NCBI GenBank assembly: GCA_964394925.1
Contig: CAYMZG010000002.1
Span: forward strand, 109,738-173,737
Source: an uncultured Candidatus Saccharibacteria bacterium
GTDB taxonomy: Bacteria; Patescibacteriota; Saccharimonadia; Saccharimonadales; CAYLGV01
Reading direction: 5' to 3'
Length of the DNA stretch: 64,000 bases
Below, piece by piece: positions 43,868 to 54,242 of this stretch (the stretch's first letter is position 1; each line of letters opens with the position of its first letter). The position numbers and the translations under genes are program-made. The notes below the pieces were generated by a model. It did no database searches, was not told where the DNA came from, and worked only from the letters and a program-made list of their open reading frames with translations.

Positions 43868-44968
43868 ATGGATAAGGCTGTAAGTAACATTGGTGCATTC
43901 AGCACACAATTAGATCAATACAAGCGGCTCATCGACAATGACCTCAAAACCTACAGCAAACATGTGCAAAAAAGCACCCTGCAAAAATACGGTGCAAACG
44001 CTCGTTTAGAAACTGACATTTTCTTAAGCATCCTTGATCGTGGCGGCAAGCGTATCCGTGGCGCGTTGGTATTACTTGGTTATGAAATGTCCGGTGGCAA
44101 GAACCAGGCAATGGCTTTGCAAGCAGCTCGAGCAATTGAAATGCTGCACGCTTATATTTTGATGATTGATGACATTCAAGACCGCTCAGTGCTGCGACGC
44201 GGCGGCCCCACTGCTCACATTATGCTGGCTGATTATCACCGCAAGCATCAGCTGGCTGATGATCCGGACCATTTTGGTATTGCCATGACCATGAACTCAG
44301 CTCTCGCAGGCGCCCATGCTGCACAAGTTATTCTGGCAAACCTCGATACGTCTGAAGAAATCCGATTAAAGGTCATTTCAATTACCAATCAAACGATGAT
44401 GATCACCGCTCACGGCCAAACCGACGACATTATGAATGAAGTTGTTGCCGAAGTAACTGATGACGACATTCGCCGTGTACTAGAATGGAAAACAGCACAC
44501 TATACGTTTTTGAACCCGTTGCATGTGGGGATGGTGCTGGCTGGTGCTGATTGCCATGCCACCGATGCTATTACTGAATATGCTATGCAAGCTGGTATGG
44601 CCTTTCAGATTACCGACGACATTGTTGGTGTGTTTGGCAGCGAAGAAGAGACAGGTAAATCATCAATGGACGATATTCGCGAAGGTAAGCGAACCATGCT
44701 CATGGCCTATGCCCTTGATCATGCTGAGGCAGCCGACAAAAACTTCTTGATTCAAATGCTTGGCAACCAGCAGTTAACACCAGCAGAATTTGACCGCTGC
44801 AAAGCCATTTTGGTTGATACGGGTGCGTTGGCATATGCCAAGAAAACAGCCGCTGATCACATTACGCGTGCCCAAGCTTCGTTGAGCAAAGAAGCTGACC
44901 GTTGGTCTGAGCAAGGTGTGCAGTTCCTGAACGGCTTGGCCGAGTACCTGTTAGAGCGGACCAAGTAA
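43868..44968 (+). CDS. polyprenyl diphosphate synthase
   Basis: First and second Asp-rich motifs, MIDDIQD and ITDDIVG. Confidence 0.85.
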   Translation: MDKAVSNIGAFSTQLDQYKRLIDNDLKTYSKHVQKSTLQKYGANARLETDIFLSILDRGGKRIRGALVLLGYEMSGGKNQAMALQAARAIEMLHAYILMIDDIQDRSVLRRGGPTAHIMLADYHRKHQLADDPDHFGIAMTMNSALAGAHAAQVILANLDTSEEIRLKVISITNQTMMITAHGQTDDIMNEVVAEVTDDDIRRVLEWKTAHYTFLNPLHVGMVLAGADCHATDAITEYAMQAGMAFQITDDIVGVFGSEEETGKSSMDDIREGKRTMLMAYALDHAEAADKNFLIQMLGNQQLTPAEFDRCKAILVDTGALAYAKKTAADHITRAQASLSKEADRWSEQGVQFLNGLAEYLLERTK

Positions 44969-47788
44969 GTCTGAGTTGTTCGTTGCTTGAGCCTTGAGCA
45001 TGGTTAGAACGTGTTCACGAGTATGATGATTATTGGCATAGCGCTGTATCTCACGGATGAGTACAAACAAGATGGCTGCGCCAAACGCATAGGCCCAGTC
45101 GACTGCGCTTAACGGGCCTGCCCCAAAGTAGGTGTTAATTATCGGGTTGTAGATAATGTTTAGAACGCAGAACATTGATGCTGCCATGGCAACTGCCAGT
45201 GCGCGGTTATGAAGTTGGTAACGTGTGAATAAACCGCGCCGCGAGCGTCGCTGCAAAATATTCAGTAATTGGCAAAGCACAATGGTGAGGTAGGTAAGGG
45301 CTGTTGCTTTGGCGTACAGGGCAGGGTTGTTGATGTTTACATTTGCCGCCTCAACACCGTTACGGCTGAAGAACAACATAAAGTTTATGAAGGCAAAACC
45401 ACCGATTAAAATACCGCACCAGAGCAGGTCGGTGATGCTGAAACGATTCAAAATATGATCATGCTGATCGCGTGGTTTGTCGCCCATCAGTTCGCCGTCG
45501 GCTTGATCCCAGCCCAAGGCTGCAATCGGGAAGAGCTCGGCTATCATGTCGATGGCCAAGATTTCCATAACCGTTAGGCTCAGTGGCACATGGAACGCTG
45601 CCAGAACCACGAAACTAACCAGGTTAACCACAAGTTCTGCCGAGTTACTCGTAAAGCAACTCAGCGTTGCTTTTTTGATGTTTTGGAAGATTACACGACC
45701 TTGCTGAATCGCTCCAACCAGGGTAGAGAAGCTGTCGTCGAGTAGCACAATCTCGGCCGATTGTTTAGCTACATCGGTACCCGTGCGGCCCATGGCTACA
45801 CCTATGTCAGCGCGCTTGAGAGCCGGCGCATCGTTAATGCCGTCACCCGTTACAGCTACGACTTTTTCGTTGGCTTTTACCAGACCAACAATACGAAGCT
45901 TGTCTTCTGGGCTCACGCGACTAAAGATCACACCACCCCTGGTAGCGAGGCGTAATACTCTGGCATCATCGAGTTGTCGGAGTTCCTCGCCACTTACCAC
46001 AATGATGTCCTGACCGGGTTTTGCCAGGCCGGCTCGTTTAGCAATAGCTTCTGCAGTAAGGGCAAAATCTCCAGTTACAATCGAAATGTTAATGTGTGCA
46101 TCATGAGCTGCTTTCATGGCTGCTGGTACTTCGTCGCGTAGCGGATCAACCATGCCAACCATGCCTAGCCAGGTGAGCCCCGTCTCGGCTTCTTCCATAG
46201 TGAGTTTCTTAAGATTAGTGCCTTTCGGAAGAACCTTATAAGCATAGCCAAGGTTTCGCGAAGCTTGTTTAGCCCACTTGTGGTTCAGGCGATCGATCAT
46301 GTCTCGGTCGGTTTGCGTCATTTTGCGGTCGCGCTGGCTGAGCCAGAGCTTATTACAGCGGTGCAAAATGCTTTCGGGTGCGCCTTTTACAAAGATATAA
46401 TGCTCGCCATTCTTGCCAAATGAACGCACAGAGCTCATGCGTTTTCGAGCAGAGTCAAAAGCAAACTCCTTGAGCTCAGGCGATTGTTCGTCTAGGATCT
46501 TAGGATCAAGACCAGCTTTTTGCGTGAGTGTCAGTAGCGCTCCCTCAGTTGGATCGCCAACCACATACCACACGGCGTGTTCATCATCTGGGGGGCTCAC
46601 GGTAGCATTACTAGCAAAAGCGCCCGCCGAGAAGAACAACGAGAAATTCTCCAGTTCTTTGGCGCTCAGACTCTTGCCGTGTCGGTTGGTAATGGTTCCG
46701 TTTGGTTCGTAACCAGTGCCGTTTACGCCAAAAACCGAATTGCCAATTAATAGGCGTTCAACAGTCATTTGGTTTTTGGTTAAGGTGCCGGTTTTATCGG
46801 TACAAATAACTTTGGTGGCCCCAAGTGTTTCTACGGCCGATAGTTTTTTAACCAAAGCACGGGCTTTGGCAAGTTTGCTGGCGGCTCGGGCCAGGGCAGT
46901 GTTAATTTCGGCTGGCAAGCCTTGTGGAATGAGTGAACTGGCAATTGCAATAGCGTAGAGGAAGGCGTTCTTAATGCCAAGCCCGAGGTAAATGCTGGCA
47001 GGGAGCAGGAACAAACAGAGAAAAACGGTGCCTTGTGTTACACGCCCGGCAATATGATTCAACTCGCGCTGCAAGGGGCTAACGTCTGCCGTGGTGTCGG
47101 CGCTCAGCGAGGCAATGCGCCCAAGTTCGGTCTGCATGCCAGTGGCCATGGCAACACCAAAGCCGTGACCGGTTGCCACTGTGGTGCCCATAAATACCAA
47201 GTTGTGACGGTTGGCGAGCTCCACATTACCGCTCATGGGATGCGTAAATTTTCGCGTGGGGTTTGATTCGCCGGTTAACGCAAAGTCATTGGTAGAAAGT
47301 TCCGACTCTGTGAGCAAGCGCAAGTCAGTTGGAACACTGTCACCCTCTTCTATATATACTATGTCACCCGGCACTAGTTCGCTGGCGGCTACCGTTACGA
47401 TAGTGCCATTGCGGCGTACTTTGGCTTCGGCAACCACTAATCGCTCGAGGCTTTCCATCAGCTTCTCGGCTTTATATTCCTGCGAAAAGCCAATGATGGT
47501 GTTGAACATGACAAGGGCCAACAGGACCACCGCAGTATGAGAGTCACCGAGTAGCAGACTGATCACCACACTGACAAGCAGCAAAACAATCATTAAATCC
47601 TTAAACTGACGAGCGTATTTATGAAACGCGCTCTCGCGGTTTAGCTCTTGTAACTTATTTGGACCGTATTGCTCGAGTCGTTTATGGGCTTCGGCTGGCG
47701 CCAAGCCATGTTGAAGATCAGACCCTAACTCTTTGAGAACTGTCTTTGTATCTTGTCGGTAATAGGCTAGTTGTTTATCGCCCACCAT
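44951..47788 (-). CDS. cation-transporting P-type ATPase (P2-type-like)
   Basis: CTDKTGTLT phosphorylation motif, TGES, GDGINDAP, 945 aa with about 10 TM helices. Confidence 0.9.
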   Translation of the reverse strand: MVGDKQLAYYRQDTKTVLKELGSDLQHGLAPAEAHKRLEQYGPNKLQELNRESAFHKYARQFKDLMIVLLLVSVVISLLLGDSHTAVVLLALVMFNTIIGFSQEYKAEKLMESLERLVVAEAKVRRNGTIVTVAASELVPGDIVYIEEGDSVPTDLRLLTESELSTNDFALTGESNPTRKFTHPMSGNVELANRHNLVFMGTTVATGHGFGVAMATGMQTELGRIASLSADTTADVSPLQRELNHIAGRVTQGTVFLCLFLLPASIYLGLGIKNAFLYAIAIASSLIPQGLPAEINTALARAASKLAKARALVKKLSAVETLGATKVICTDKTGTLTKNQMTVERLLIGNSVFGVNGTGYEPNGTITNRHGKSLSAKELENFSLFFSAGAFASNATVSPPDDEHAVWYVVGDPTEGALLTLTQKAGLDPKILDEQSPELKEFAFDSARKRMSSVRSFGKNGEHYIFVKGAPESILHRCNKLWLSQRDRKMTQTDRDMIDRLNHKWAKQASRNLGYAYKVLPKGTNLKKLTMEEAETGLTWLGMVGMVDPLRDEVPAAMKAAHDAHINISIVTGDFALTAEAIAKRAGLAKPGQDIIVVSGEELRQLDDARVLRLATRGGVIFSRVSPEDKLRIVGLVKANEKVVAVTGDGINDAPALKRADIGVAMGRTGTDVAKQSAEIVLLDDSFSTLVGAIQQGRVIFQNIKKATLSCFTSNSAELVVNLVSFVVLAAFHVPLSLTVMEILAIDMIAELFPIAALGWDQADGELMGDKPRDQHDHILNRFSITDLLWCGILIGGFAFINFMLFFSRNGVEAANVNINNPALYAKATALTYLTIVLCQLLNILQRRSRRGLFTRYQLHNRALAVAMAASMFCVLNIIYNPIINTYFGAGPLSAVDWAYAFGAAILFVLIREIQRYANNHHTREHVLTMLKAQATNNSDLLGPL

Positions 47789-47816
47789 ATTACGCTTAAG
47801 TATACGCTAAGTTCAT

Positions 47817-47932
47817 GGCTTGAAACACCCCTTGGCTTGGAGGGTACTTATAAGCCGCCAAAGGAACATACGTTCTTGGCTTTCCTGATTGGCAATAGCA
47901 AACCCCCTCCAATCCAAGAGGTGATTCAAGCC
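47817..47932 (-). repeat. hairpin-tip repeat element, copy 4 (core sense on - strand)
   Basis: Reverse-oriented core with three substitutions. The 28-nt arms (47817-47844 / 47905-47932) have 3 mismatches. It lies between the divergent P-type ATPase and polA genes. Confidence 0.9.
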
Positions 47933-47981
47933 AGCCTGTTTACATAAACATAAGAGTAATAGGTAGCGTATACTGTAAATA

Positions 47982-50645
47982 ATGAGTGATACAGAGGTGA
48001 CAACGAAGGCCAAAAAGAAACTAGCCATTATTGATGGCAAGTCAGTGTTTTACCGGGGTTACTATGCTATGCCCAACCTTGCCACCAAAGACGGCACGCC
48101 AACGGGTGGTGTGTTTGGCTTCGCTACTATGGCACTCGAGGTCATTCGTCGTCTCAAACCTGATTATGTGTGCGTAGCTTGGGATAAACCCAAGACGAAT
48201 ATCCGCAAACGACTCGAGTTATATCCCGAATACAAGGCCGGCCGCAAGCCCGCACCACCAGACTTTTATGAACAAGTGCCACTCCTTCATGAACTCCTTG
48301 AGGCATTCGGTTGGCCGCTGTATGAACTCGATGATTATGAAGCCGATGACATTATGGGCACATTGGCTACCCAGGCCGCCAAGCAAGATATTGAGTCCAT
48401 GCTTATTACATCAGATCTCGATATGCTACAGCTGGTTGATCCACATATTCACGTGTATGCTCTCAAGAAGGGCCTCAGTAATATTGAACTGTATAGCCCA
48501 AAGAGTTTTGAGGCCAAGTACGGCATTCGTCCCAACCAGTTCCTTGATTTGAAGGCGTTAAAAGGGGACAGTTCCGACAATATTCCGGGCGTGCCCGGCA
48601 TTGGCGAAAAGGGCGCCACAGAATTATTGCAAGAACATGAAACACTGGATGGCGTATACGATAATCTCGTGCTCATTAAAGACAGCATGCGAAAAAAACT
48701 AGAAGCGGGCAAAGACCTAGCATACCTCAGTAAGCAGTTGGCGAGTATATGGACTGATGCACCTCTGGCGCTTGATCTAAATGCAGTCGATGGTCACCAT
48801 ATCAAGCCAGAAAAAGTACTAGAACTGTTGCAGCGCTTTGAGTTTAGAAGTCTGGCCCGACAACTACCCGAAATCATGCAAGTTGCGATCAGTGATCATC
48901 AGGCTGCCAACGGACGCGCCCAACAACTCAAAGGGGGCAATAACATTGTTATTACAGACACCGTGCAGCTCAAACAGGTATCTTTGGCGGGTGCGGACCA
49001 TGTCTATGTGCACTCGCGCTCTGCTGGCAAGCACGGCCGTGACCCGCAAGTACTAATCTTAACTACAGACAACAAGACGGTTTATACTATTGACCTTACA
49101 AAAGTAGATCACGCGGCTGTCGCAGCACTACTCCAATCAGTAAAAAGTCTTGTTGGCTACGATGTTAAATATTCATTAAAAGTACTGCTCGAACTTGGTG
49201 TAACTGAATTGCCAGCAGTAAAGCACGACGTATTAGTTGGTGCTTTTTTACTCAACTCGCTTATTCGTGAACAATCCCTCACCGATCTGGCTCAGGCTAG
49301 CCTAGACTATGAAGGCTCGCCCCTTGAAGAGGGAGCTCCCGAAGACGTTATGGCACGTGCCACTGAGTACATTGCGGTCATTCGAGCGTTGTATGAACAG
49401 CAAGCCACCGACCTTGCGAAGCTCAAAAAAATGCACACCCTGGCTGAAACAGTAGAGTGGCCAGTTATTGTGGTGTTGGCACGCATGGAATATGTAGGTA
49501 TAAAGCTCGACACCAACTACTTGGGCCTGATGGCTGAACAACTTTCTGATGCAATTTCTGACCTCGAACAACAGATCTATGGCTATGCCGATAAAGAGTT
49601 TAATATCAGTTCGCCCACGCAATTAGCAGACGTATTATTTAATGTTTTACAGCTCCCAACCCAAGGCATTAAGAAGGGTAAAACGGGCTATTCAACAGCC
49701 GCGACCGAGCTGGCCAAGCTGCGCGAAGCTCACCCGATTATTGATTTTATTTCGCAGTACCGCGAAGTTACCAAGCTTAAGAGCACATACGTTGATACAT
49801 TACCCAAGCAGGTCGATGAACAATCACGTGTTCATACCACCTACGCCATGACCGTGGCACAAACAGGGCGCCTCAGCAGCAATGATCCAAACCTCCAAAA
49901 CATTCCGGTGCGGACTGATCTTGGCAAACAGATTCGAACATCTTTTGTTGCGGGTGAGGGCAACGTGTTGGTGAGTGCCGATTACAGTCAGCAGGAACTA
50001 CGTCTCGCAGCCTACTTAAGTGATGACAAAGACCTGATTGAGATGTTCAACAACGATGTTGATGTGCATGTGGCTACAGCCGCCGAAGTGTATGGCCGCG
50101 ATCCCGAAGACGTTACCAAGAATATGCGCCGTGAGGCCAAAGTGGTTAACTTTGGCATCATGTACGGCCTCAGCACACACGGCTTAGTCGAAGCCACCGG
50201 CATGACGTATGAACAAGCGCAAAATTTCATAAAACGCTATTTCGAAGTTCGTCCAAAACTCATTGAGTATCTTGATGGTGTCAAAAAACAGGCCAAAGAG
50301 CAGGGTTACGTGGAAACCATCATGGGCCGTCGTCGACCAACGCCAGATGTAAACTCCTCTAATTTTGCCGTGCGAGAAGCTGCCATGCGGGCTGCCGTAA
50401 ATGTGCCATTCCAGGGGAGCGCAGCCGATATTATGAAGCTGGCAATGGTCAAAATACAGGCCAAGCTGGAGGGCACAACAGCCAAAATGTTATTACAAAT
50501 TCATGATTCGGTCATAGTTGAATGTCCTGAAGCCGATGGCGAAACAATCGCTGCACTACTCAAAGAAACCATGGAAGATGCATTTCCTTTGCCAATCAAG
50601 CAAACCGTCGACACGTCGATAGGTCATAACTGGGGCGAGCTCTAA
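47982..50645 (+). CDS. polA: DNA polymerase I
   Basis: 5'-nuclease N-terminus (LAIIDGKSVFYRGYY) and family A polymerase motifs (DYSQQELR, RREAKVVNFGIMYG, QIHDS). Confidence 0.95.
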   Translation: MSDTEVTTKAKKKLAIIDGKSVFYRGYYAMPNLATKDGTPTGGVFGFATMALEVIRRLKPDYVCVAWDKPKTNIRKRLELYPEYKAGRKPAPPDFYEQVPLLHELLEAFGWPLYELDDYEADDIMGTLATQAAKQDIESMLITSDLDMLQLVDPHIHVYALKKGLSNIELYSPKSFEAKYGIRPNQFLDLKALKGDSSDNIPGVPGIGEKGATELLQEHETLDGVYDNLVLIKDSMRKKLEAGKDLAYLSKQLASIWTDAPLALDLNAVDGHHIKPEKVLELLQRFEFRSLARQLPEIMQVAISDHQAANGRAQQLKGGNNIVITDTVQLKQVSLAGADHVYVHSRSAGKHGRDPQVLILTTDNKTVYTIDLTKVDHAAVAALLQSVKSLVGYDVKYSLKVLLELGVTELPAVKHDVLVGAFLLNSLIREQSLTDLAQASLDYEGSPLEEGAPEDVMARATEYIAVIRALYEQQATDLAKLKKMHTLAETVEWPVIVVLARMEYVGIKLDTNYLGLMAEQLSDAISDLEQQIYGYADKEFNISSPTQLADVLFNVLQLPTQGIKKGKTGYSTAATELAKLREAHPIIDFISQYREVTKLKSTYVDTLPKQVDEQSRVHTTYAMTVAQTGRLSSNDPNLQNIPVRTDLGKQIRTSFVAGEGNVLVSADYSQQELRLAAYLSDDKDLIEMFNNDVDVHVATAAEVYGRDPEDVTKNMRREAKVVNFGIMYGLSTHGLVEATGMTYEQAQNFIKRYFEVRPKLIEYLDGVKKQAKEQGYVETIMGRRRPTPDVNSSNFAVREAAMRAAVNVPFQGSAADIMKLAMVKIQAKLEGTTAKMLLQIHDSVIVECPEADGETIAALLKETMEDAFPLPIKQTVDTSIGHNWGEL

Positions 50646-50717
50646 ATCAAAAAGCATAATGGTATTGCAATTAACAGCAATTTGTGTTATTATTTAGCTT
50701 GGAAGTAAGATTTTTGT

Positions 50718-51287
50718 ATGAGATACGGAATAGCAGTTATTATTATCGCGTTGTTCGCCGTACTGGGCGTCGTTATACTTGTTAACCGCAATAACACCAC
50801 TCCAAGTGGTCAGCCCACTACTAAAACGGTTACCTTAAGTGATTCTGACTCTTCACCAACAGCATCTATTAGCTGGACGCAACAGGGAAGAATCGTTGGT
50901 AACAACCAGTTTAACTCCATTCGAGTTACGGTGACGCCAACCTACAGACGCCTCGAAATTTTGAATGGCTACCAAAACACCGTGGTACGTTCAAACGACT
51001 ACGAAAACAACCAAGATGCCTACAACACCTTCGCCCGGGCCCTTGACCTCCTAAAGTTTGGTCGCTCACGAACGGTGTCGAATCCGAATGTTGAGGGTGT
51101 TTGCCCATTCGGTAACCGTTTCTTGTATAACTTTAATGCCAACAGCCAGCAACTTGTGAACACTTGGTCGGACACCTGTAACGTGTCTAACGGTACGTAT
51201 GCTGGATCAAACGCAGTTTCAACTGGTCAACTTTTCCGAAATCAAATCCCAGACTATAGCCGTCAGACTAACAGCGTCTCATTGTAA
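50718..51287 (+). CDS. hypothetical exported protein
   Basis: N-terminal TM/signal helix. No motif recognised. Confidence 0.5.
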   Translation: MRYGIAVIIIALFAVLGVVILVNRNNTTPSGQPTTKTVTLSDSDSSPTASISWTQQGRIVGNNQFNSIRVTVTPTYRRLEILNGYQNTVVRSNDYENNQDAYNTFARALDLLKFGRSRTVSNPNVEGVCPFGNRFLYNFNANSQQLVNTWSDTCNVSNGTYAGSNAVSTGQLFRNQIPDYSRQTNSVSL

Positions 51288-51306
51288 ACCTTGCTAGAAT
51301 AGCAGG

Positions 51307-51894
51307 GTGATACATGCGATTATTTTTGATTGTTTTGGTGTGCTCACAGCGAGCTCATACTGTGAGATTTACCATATGGCTGGCGGTGACCCCGTCAAAG
51401 ACAACGACTTTCTAACAAATGTACTCGCTGCTGCCAACGCTGGGTACATATCTACCGAGGAGCGAGATGAGCAAGTTGCTAAACAGCTCGGCATTAGCAA
51501 AGCGAAGTGGGCTGGAGCGTTGCAGAAAGGCGATCAGCCAAATGAACGTCTTTTACAGTATATTATTGAGCTTAAGCGGCGGGGCCTCAAGACCGCCATA
51601 CTAAGTAACACGAGCATCGGCACACTACAGCATGTCTTCACGCGCGACCAACTTACACTATTCGATGAGCTGATTGTGTCGGCCGAACTTCATATAACCA
51701 AGCCGGATCCACGGATTTATCAGCTGGCTGTTGAGCGCCTTAATACAGAGACAAACAAATGCTTCTTCACAGATGACAACGCTCAAAATGTGATCGCTGC
51801 TCAGGCTGTTGGCATGCAGGCTATACAGTACAGCACACTGCCTGAATTCAAAACTACCCTTGAGGCAGCTTTGGCTCAAAATAAAGCCGTGTAG
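51307..51894 (+). CDS. HAD-superfamily hydrolase
   Basis: IIFDCFGVL, ILSNTS and FFTDDNAQNV motifs. GTG start. Confidence 0.75.
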   Translation: MIHAIIFDCFGVLTASSYCEIYHMAGGDPVKDNDFLTNVLAAANAGYISTEERDEQVAKQLGISKAKWAGALQKGDQPNERLLQYIIELKRRGLKTAILSNTSIGTLQHVFTRDQLTLFDELIVSAELHITKPDPRIYQLAVERLNTETNKCFFTDDNAQNVIAAQAVGMQAIQYSTLPEFKTTLEAALAQNKAV

Positions 51895-51949
51895 TGGTTG
51901 ACTGGTGGGTGTACAATATAGGTACCTTGCTAAAACAGAAAGGCTTCGC

Positions 51950-52174
51950 ATGACAACAATAGAAACACCATATGGTCTTACGCACGTCGATGATTCATTA
52001 GGAATTCCTGTTTTTGGTTCTGCGAGTGCCTTTGAGGATGAAACCCCACGGTCACAGGTTAATCATGGCCCCGAGACGGTTTCGCCACCAGAGGTAAAGA
52101 GCATAAGCGCACTGTATGAGAAGTGGGGTGCGTTACTTCCGGTTACAATTGAATCTGTTAGCCCTGAATCCTAA
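51950..52174 (+). CDS. hypothetical 74-aa protein
   Basis: ATG 51950 with GAAAGG upstream. Its 3' end overlaps the convergent gene by 17 bp. Confidence 0.35.
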   Translation: MTTIETPYGLTHVDDSLGIPVFGSASAFEDETPRSQVNHGPETVSPPEVKSISALYEKWGALLPVTIESVSPES

Positions 52175-52406
52175 TTATTAAGCGTTTGTCGGTTGACAGT
52201 TTGTCTTGTAGTTCATGAAGCCGCAGACGTAAAGCACCCGCCAAAGATGCACCCTTAACACTTATGATGATTTGCCATTGCTGCATGGTTACCTGACAGT
52301 CCGCACCAAAGTTTTCACGAACAAAGGCCTTAGTTTGGCTAATTTCGGGTGGTTCGGCAAAAGCCTTACTTTTTCCGGCTAGCAGGTCTCCAAGGGAATC
52401 ACTCAT
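52158..52406 (-). CDS. DUF721-like small protein
   Basis: Start chosen at MSDSLGDLL; the longer track ORF overlaps mutM. ~80-aa size and general sequence pattern resemble DUF721 (weak). Confidence 0.4.
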   Translation of the reverse strand: MSDSLGDLLAGKSKAFAEPPEISQTKAFVRENFGADCQVTMQQWQIIISVKGASLAGALRLRLHELQDKLSTDKRLIIRIQG

Positions 52407-52428
52407 ACCCCTATTGTACAATGGTACT

Positions 52429-53304
52429 ATGCCGGAGTTACCAGAAGTCGAGACGGTGCGTCGCGGTTTGCAGCAGTTTTTGCCAGGCAAGCAGGTAGTC
52501 ACCGTTACGTTTGATTGGCCTAAGAGCTTCCCAAACGCGCAGGCCGATGTTGAACAATTTTTTGTCGGGGCCAGTATTACAAGCGTGCGTCGCCGAGCCA
52601 AAGTTTTAATGATCGACCTAAACACAAAGCATACGCTGGTGATTCATCTTAAAATGACTGGGCAGTTGGTGTATCGTGGCGGCCCGGAACGTTTTGGGGC
52701 AGGTCATCCCAATGATAGCCTAATTGGCGCGCTACCAGATAAAAGTACCCGCGTGGTAATTACATTCAAAGACGGCAGCCAGCTATTTTTCAATGATTTC
52801 CGTAAATTTGGTTGGATGAAACTTTTTCCAACCGTCGAGGTGCCAAATATCGATTTCTTTAAGACGGTCGGTCCTGAGCCACTGAGCACGGACTTTACTC
52901 AAACAATCTTTCGTGAGCGGTTGCACCGTCGAGCGAACACAAATATAAAGGCGGTACTCCTTGACCAGACGGTGATTGCCGGTGTGGGGAATATTTATGC
53001 CGACGAATCGCTATGGGGCGCCAAGCTCCACCCCCAAACAGTCGTGAAGAACATCTCAACACGAAAGCTCAACAAGTTATACGAAGAACTTCGCTACGTT
53101 TTGGCTTTGGCTATTGAAAAAGGTGGCTCTACCGATAAAAACTATGTGAATGCCGAGGGTAAACGTGGTAGCTATCTCATGTTTGCTCGTGTTTTTAGGC
53201 GCGAAGGGCAGGCTTGTCCGCGCTGCGGCACAACAATTATCAAAACGCGCGTAGCTGGCCGCGGTACCCATGTGTGTCCAAAGTGCCAAAAGCTTTCGAG
53301 CTGA
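52429..53304 (+). CDS. mutM: formamidopyrimidine-DNA glycosylase
   Basis: MPELPEVETVRRGL N-terminus and C-terminal zinc finger CPRCG...CPKCQ. Confidence 0.93.
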   Translation: MPELPEVETVRRGLQQFLPGKQVVTVTFDWPKSFPNAQADVEQFFVGASITSVRRRAKVLMIDLNTKHTLVIHLKMTGQLVYRGGPERFGAGHPNDSLIGALPDKSTRVVITFKDGSQLFFNDFRKFGWMKLFPTVEVPNIDFFKTVGPEPLSTDFTQTIFRERLHRRANTNIKAVLLDQTVIAGVGNIYADESLWGAKLHPQTVVKNISTRKLNKLYEELRYVLALAIEKGGSTDKNYVNAEGKRGSYLMFARVFRREGQACPRCGTTIIKTRVAGRGTHVCPKCQKLSS

Positions 53305-53324
53305 ACTGATACAATAGCAGGCAC

Positions 53325-54242
53325 ATGATTATTACGTTAACCGGGAGTAACGGATTGATGTTGCAACAACGTTTGCAACAGCTCACTCATGACTTTGTTC
53401 AGACGTATGGCGATATGGGGTTAGAGCGCTTTGACGGGGAAGAGGCCGAATATGACCGCATGCGTGAAGCTTTAGAAAGCCTGCCATTCTTGGCCGATAA
53501 GAAAATGGTGATACTGCGTACACCAAGCGCCAACAAACAGTTTGTGGAGCATGCCGAAAAGTTGCTGTCGGAACTTCCCGAAACAACTGATCTAGTGCTG
53601 ATAGAGCCAAAACTGGATAAGCGCTTGGCTTACTACAAACTACTGAAGAAACTTACTGACTTTACGGATTGCAGTGAGCTTGACGCAGGGCAGTTAGCGC
53701 AATGGTTATCAAAGCAGGCGGCCCAAAAGGGTGGCACGCTCAGCAACGCGGATGCGCGATTTCTTATTGAGCGAGTCGGTGCCAACCAACAACTATTGGC
53801 CAATGAGCTAGAAAAATTACTTATCTACGACAAAGCCATAAACAAAGCCTCAATTAGCCTACTCACCGAACCAACATCTCAGAGCACAGTTTTTCAGTTA
53901 TTGGATGCGGCTTTTGCTGGAAACCAAGAACGCCTCCTGAAGCTATACCAAGAACAGCGTGCCAACAAGGTTGAGCCACAAGCCATTGTTGCCATGCTGG
54001 CCTGGCAGCTGCATGTCATCGCAGTGGTTAAGGTAGCCGGCGAGCGCAGCGATGCCGACGTTAGCCGCGACGCCAAACTCAGCCCCTATGTGGTACAAAA
54101 AAGTCGAGCACTTGCTCGAAAAACGTCTTTGCAACATATCAAACAGCAGGTACGTGATCTGGTAGTGCTCGACACCACATTAAAAAGCAGCGCCATCGAT
54201 GCCGATGACGCTGTACAAGCCTATCTATTAACGCTTGGGTAA
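53325..54242 (+). CDS. holA: DNA polymerase III subunit delta
   Basis: N-terminal pattern LERFDGEEAEYDRMREALESLPFLADKKMVILR and ~305 aa length. Confidence 0.7.
   Translation: MIITLTGSNGLMLQQRLQQLTHDFVQTYGDMGLERFDGEEAEYDRMREALESLPFLADKKMVILRTPSANKQFVEHAEKLLSELPETTDLVLIEPKLDKRLAYYKLLKKLTDFTDCSELDAGQLAQWLSKQAAQKGGTLSNADARFLIERVGANQQLLANELEKLLIYDKAINKASISLLTEPTSQSTVFQLLDAAFAGNQERLLKLYQEQRANKVEPQAIVAMLAWQLHVIAVVKVAGERSDADVSRDAKLSPYVVQKSRALARKTSLQHIKQQVRDLVVLDTTLKSSAIDADDAVQAYLLTLG

Noticed and set aside
30943-47932. I considered the four-copy element as a CRISPR array, a conventional MITE, or a hammerhead-type ribozyme.
   Set aside because: - It is not CRISPR: the copies are kilobases apart, in both orientations, with no spacer organisation.
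- It is not a classical MITE: the terminal inverted repeats differ at every locus and only the interior is conserved.
- It is not a hammerhead: the reverse strand has CUGAUUGG and GAAA, but CUGAUGA is not intact and there is no room for stem I between the elements.
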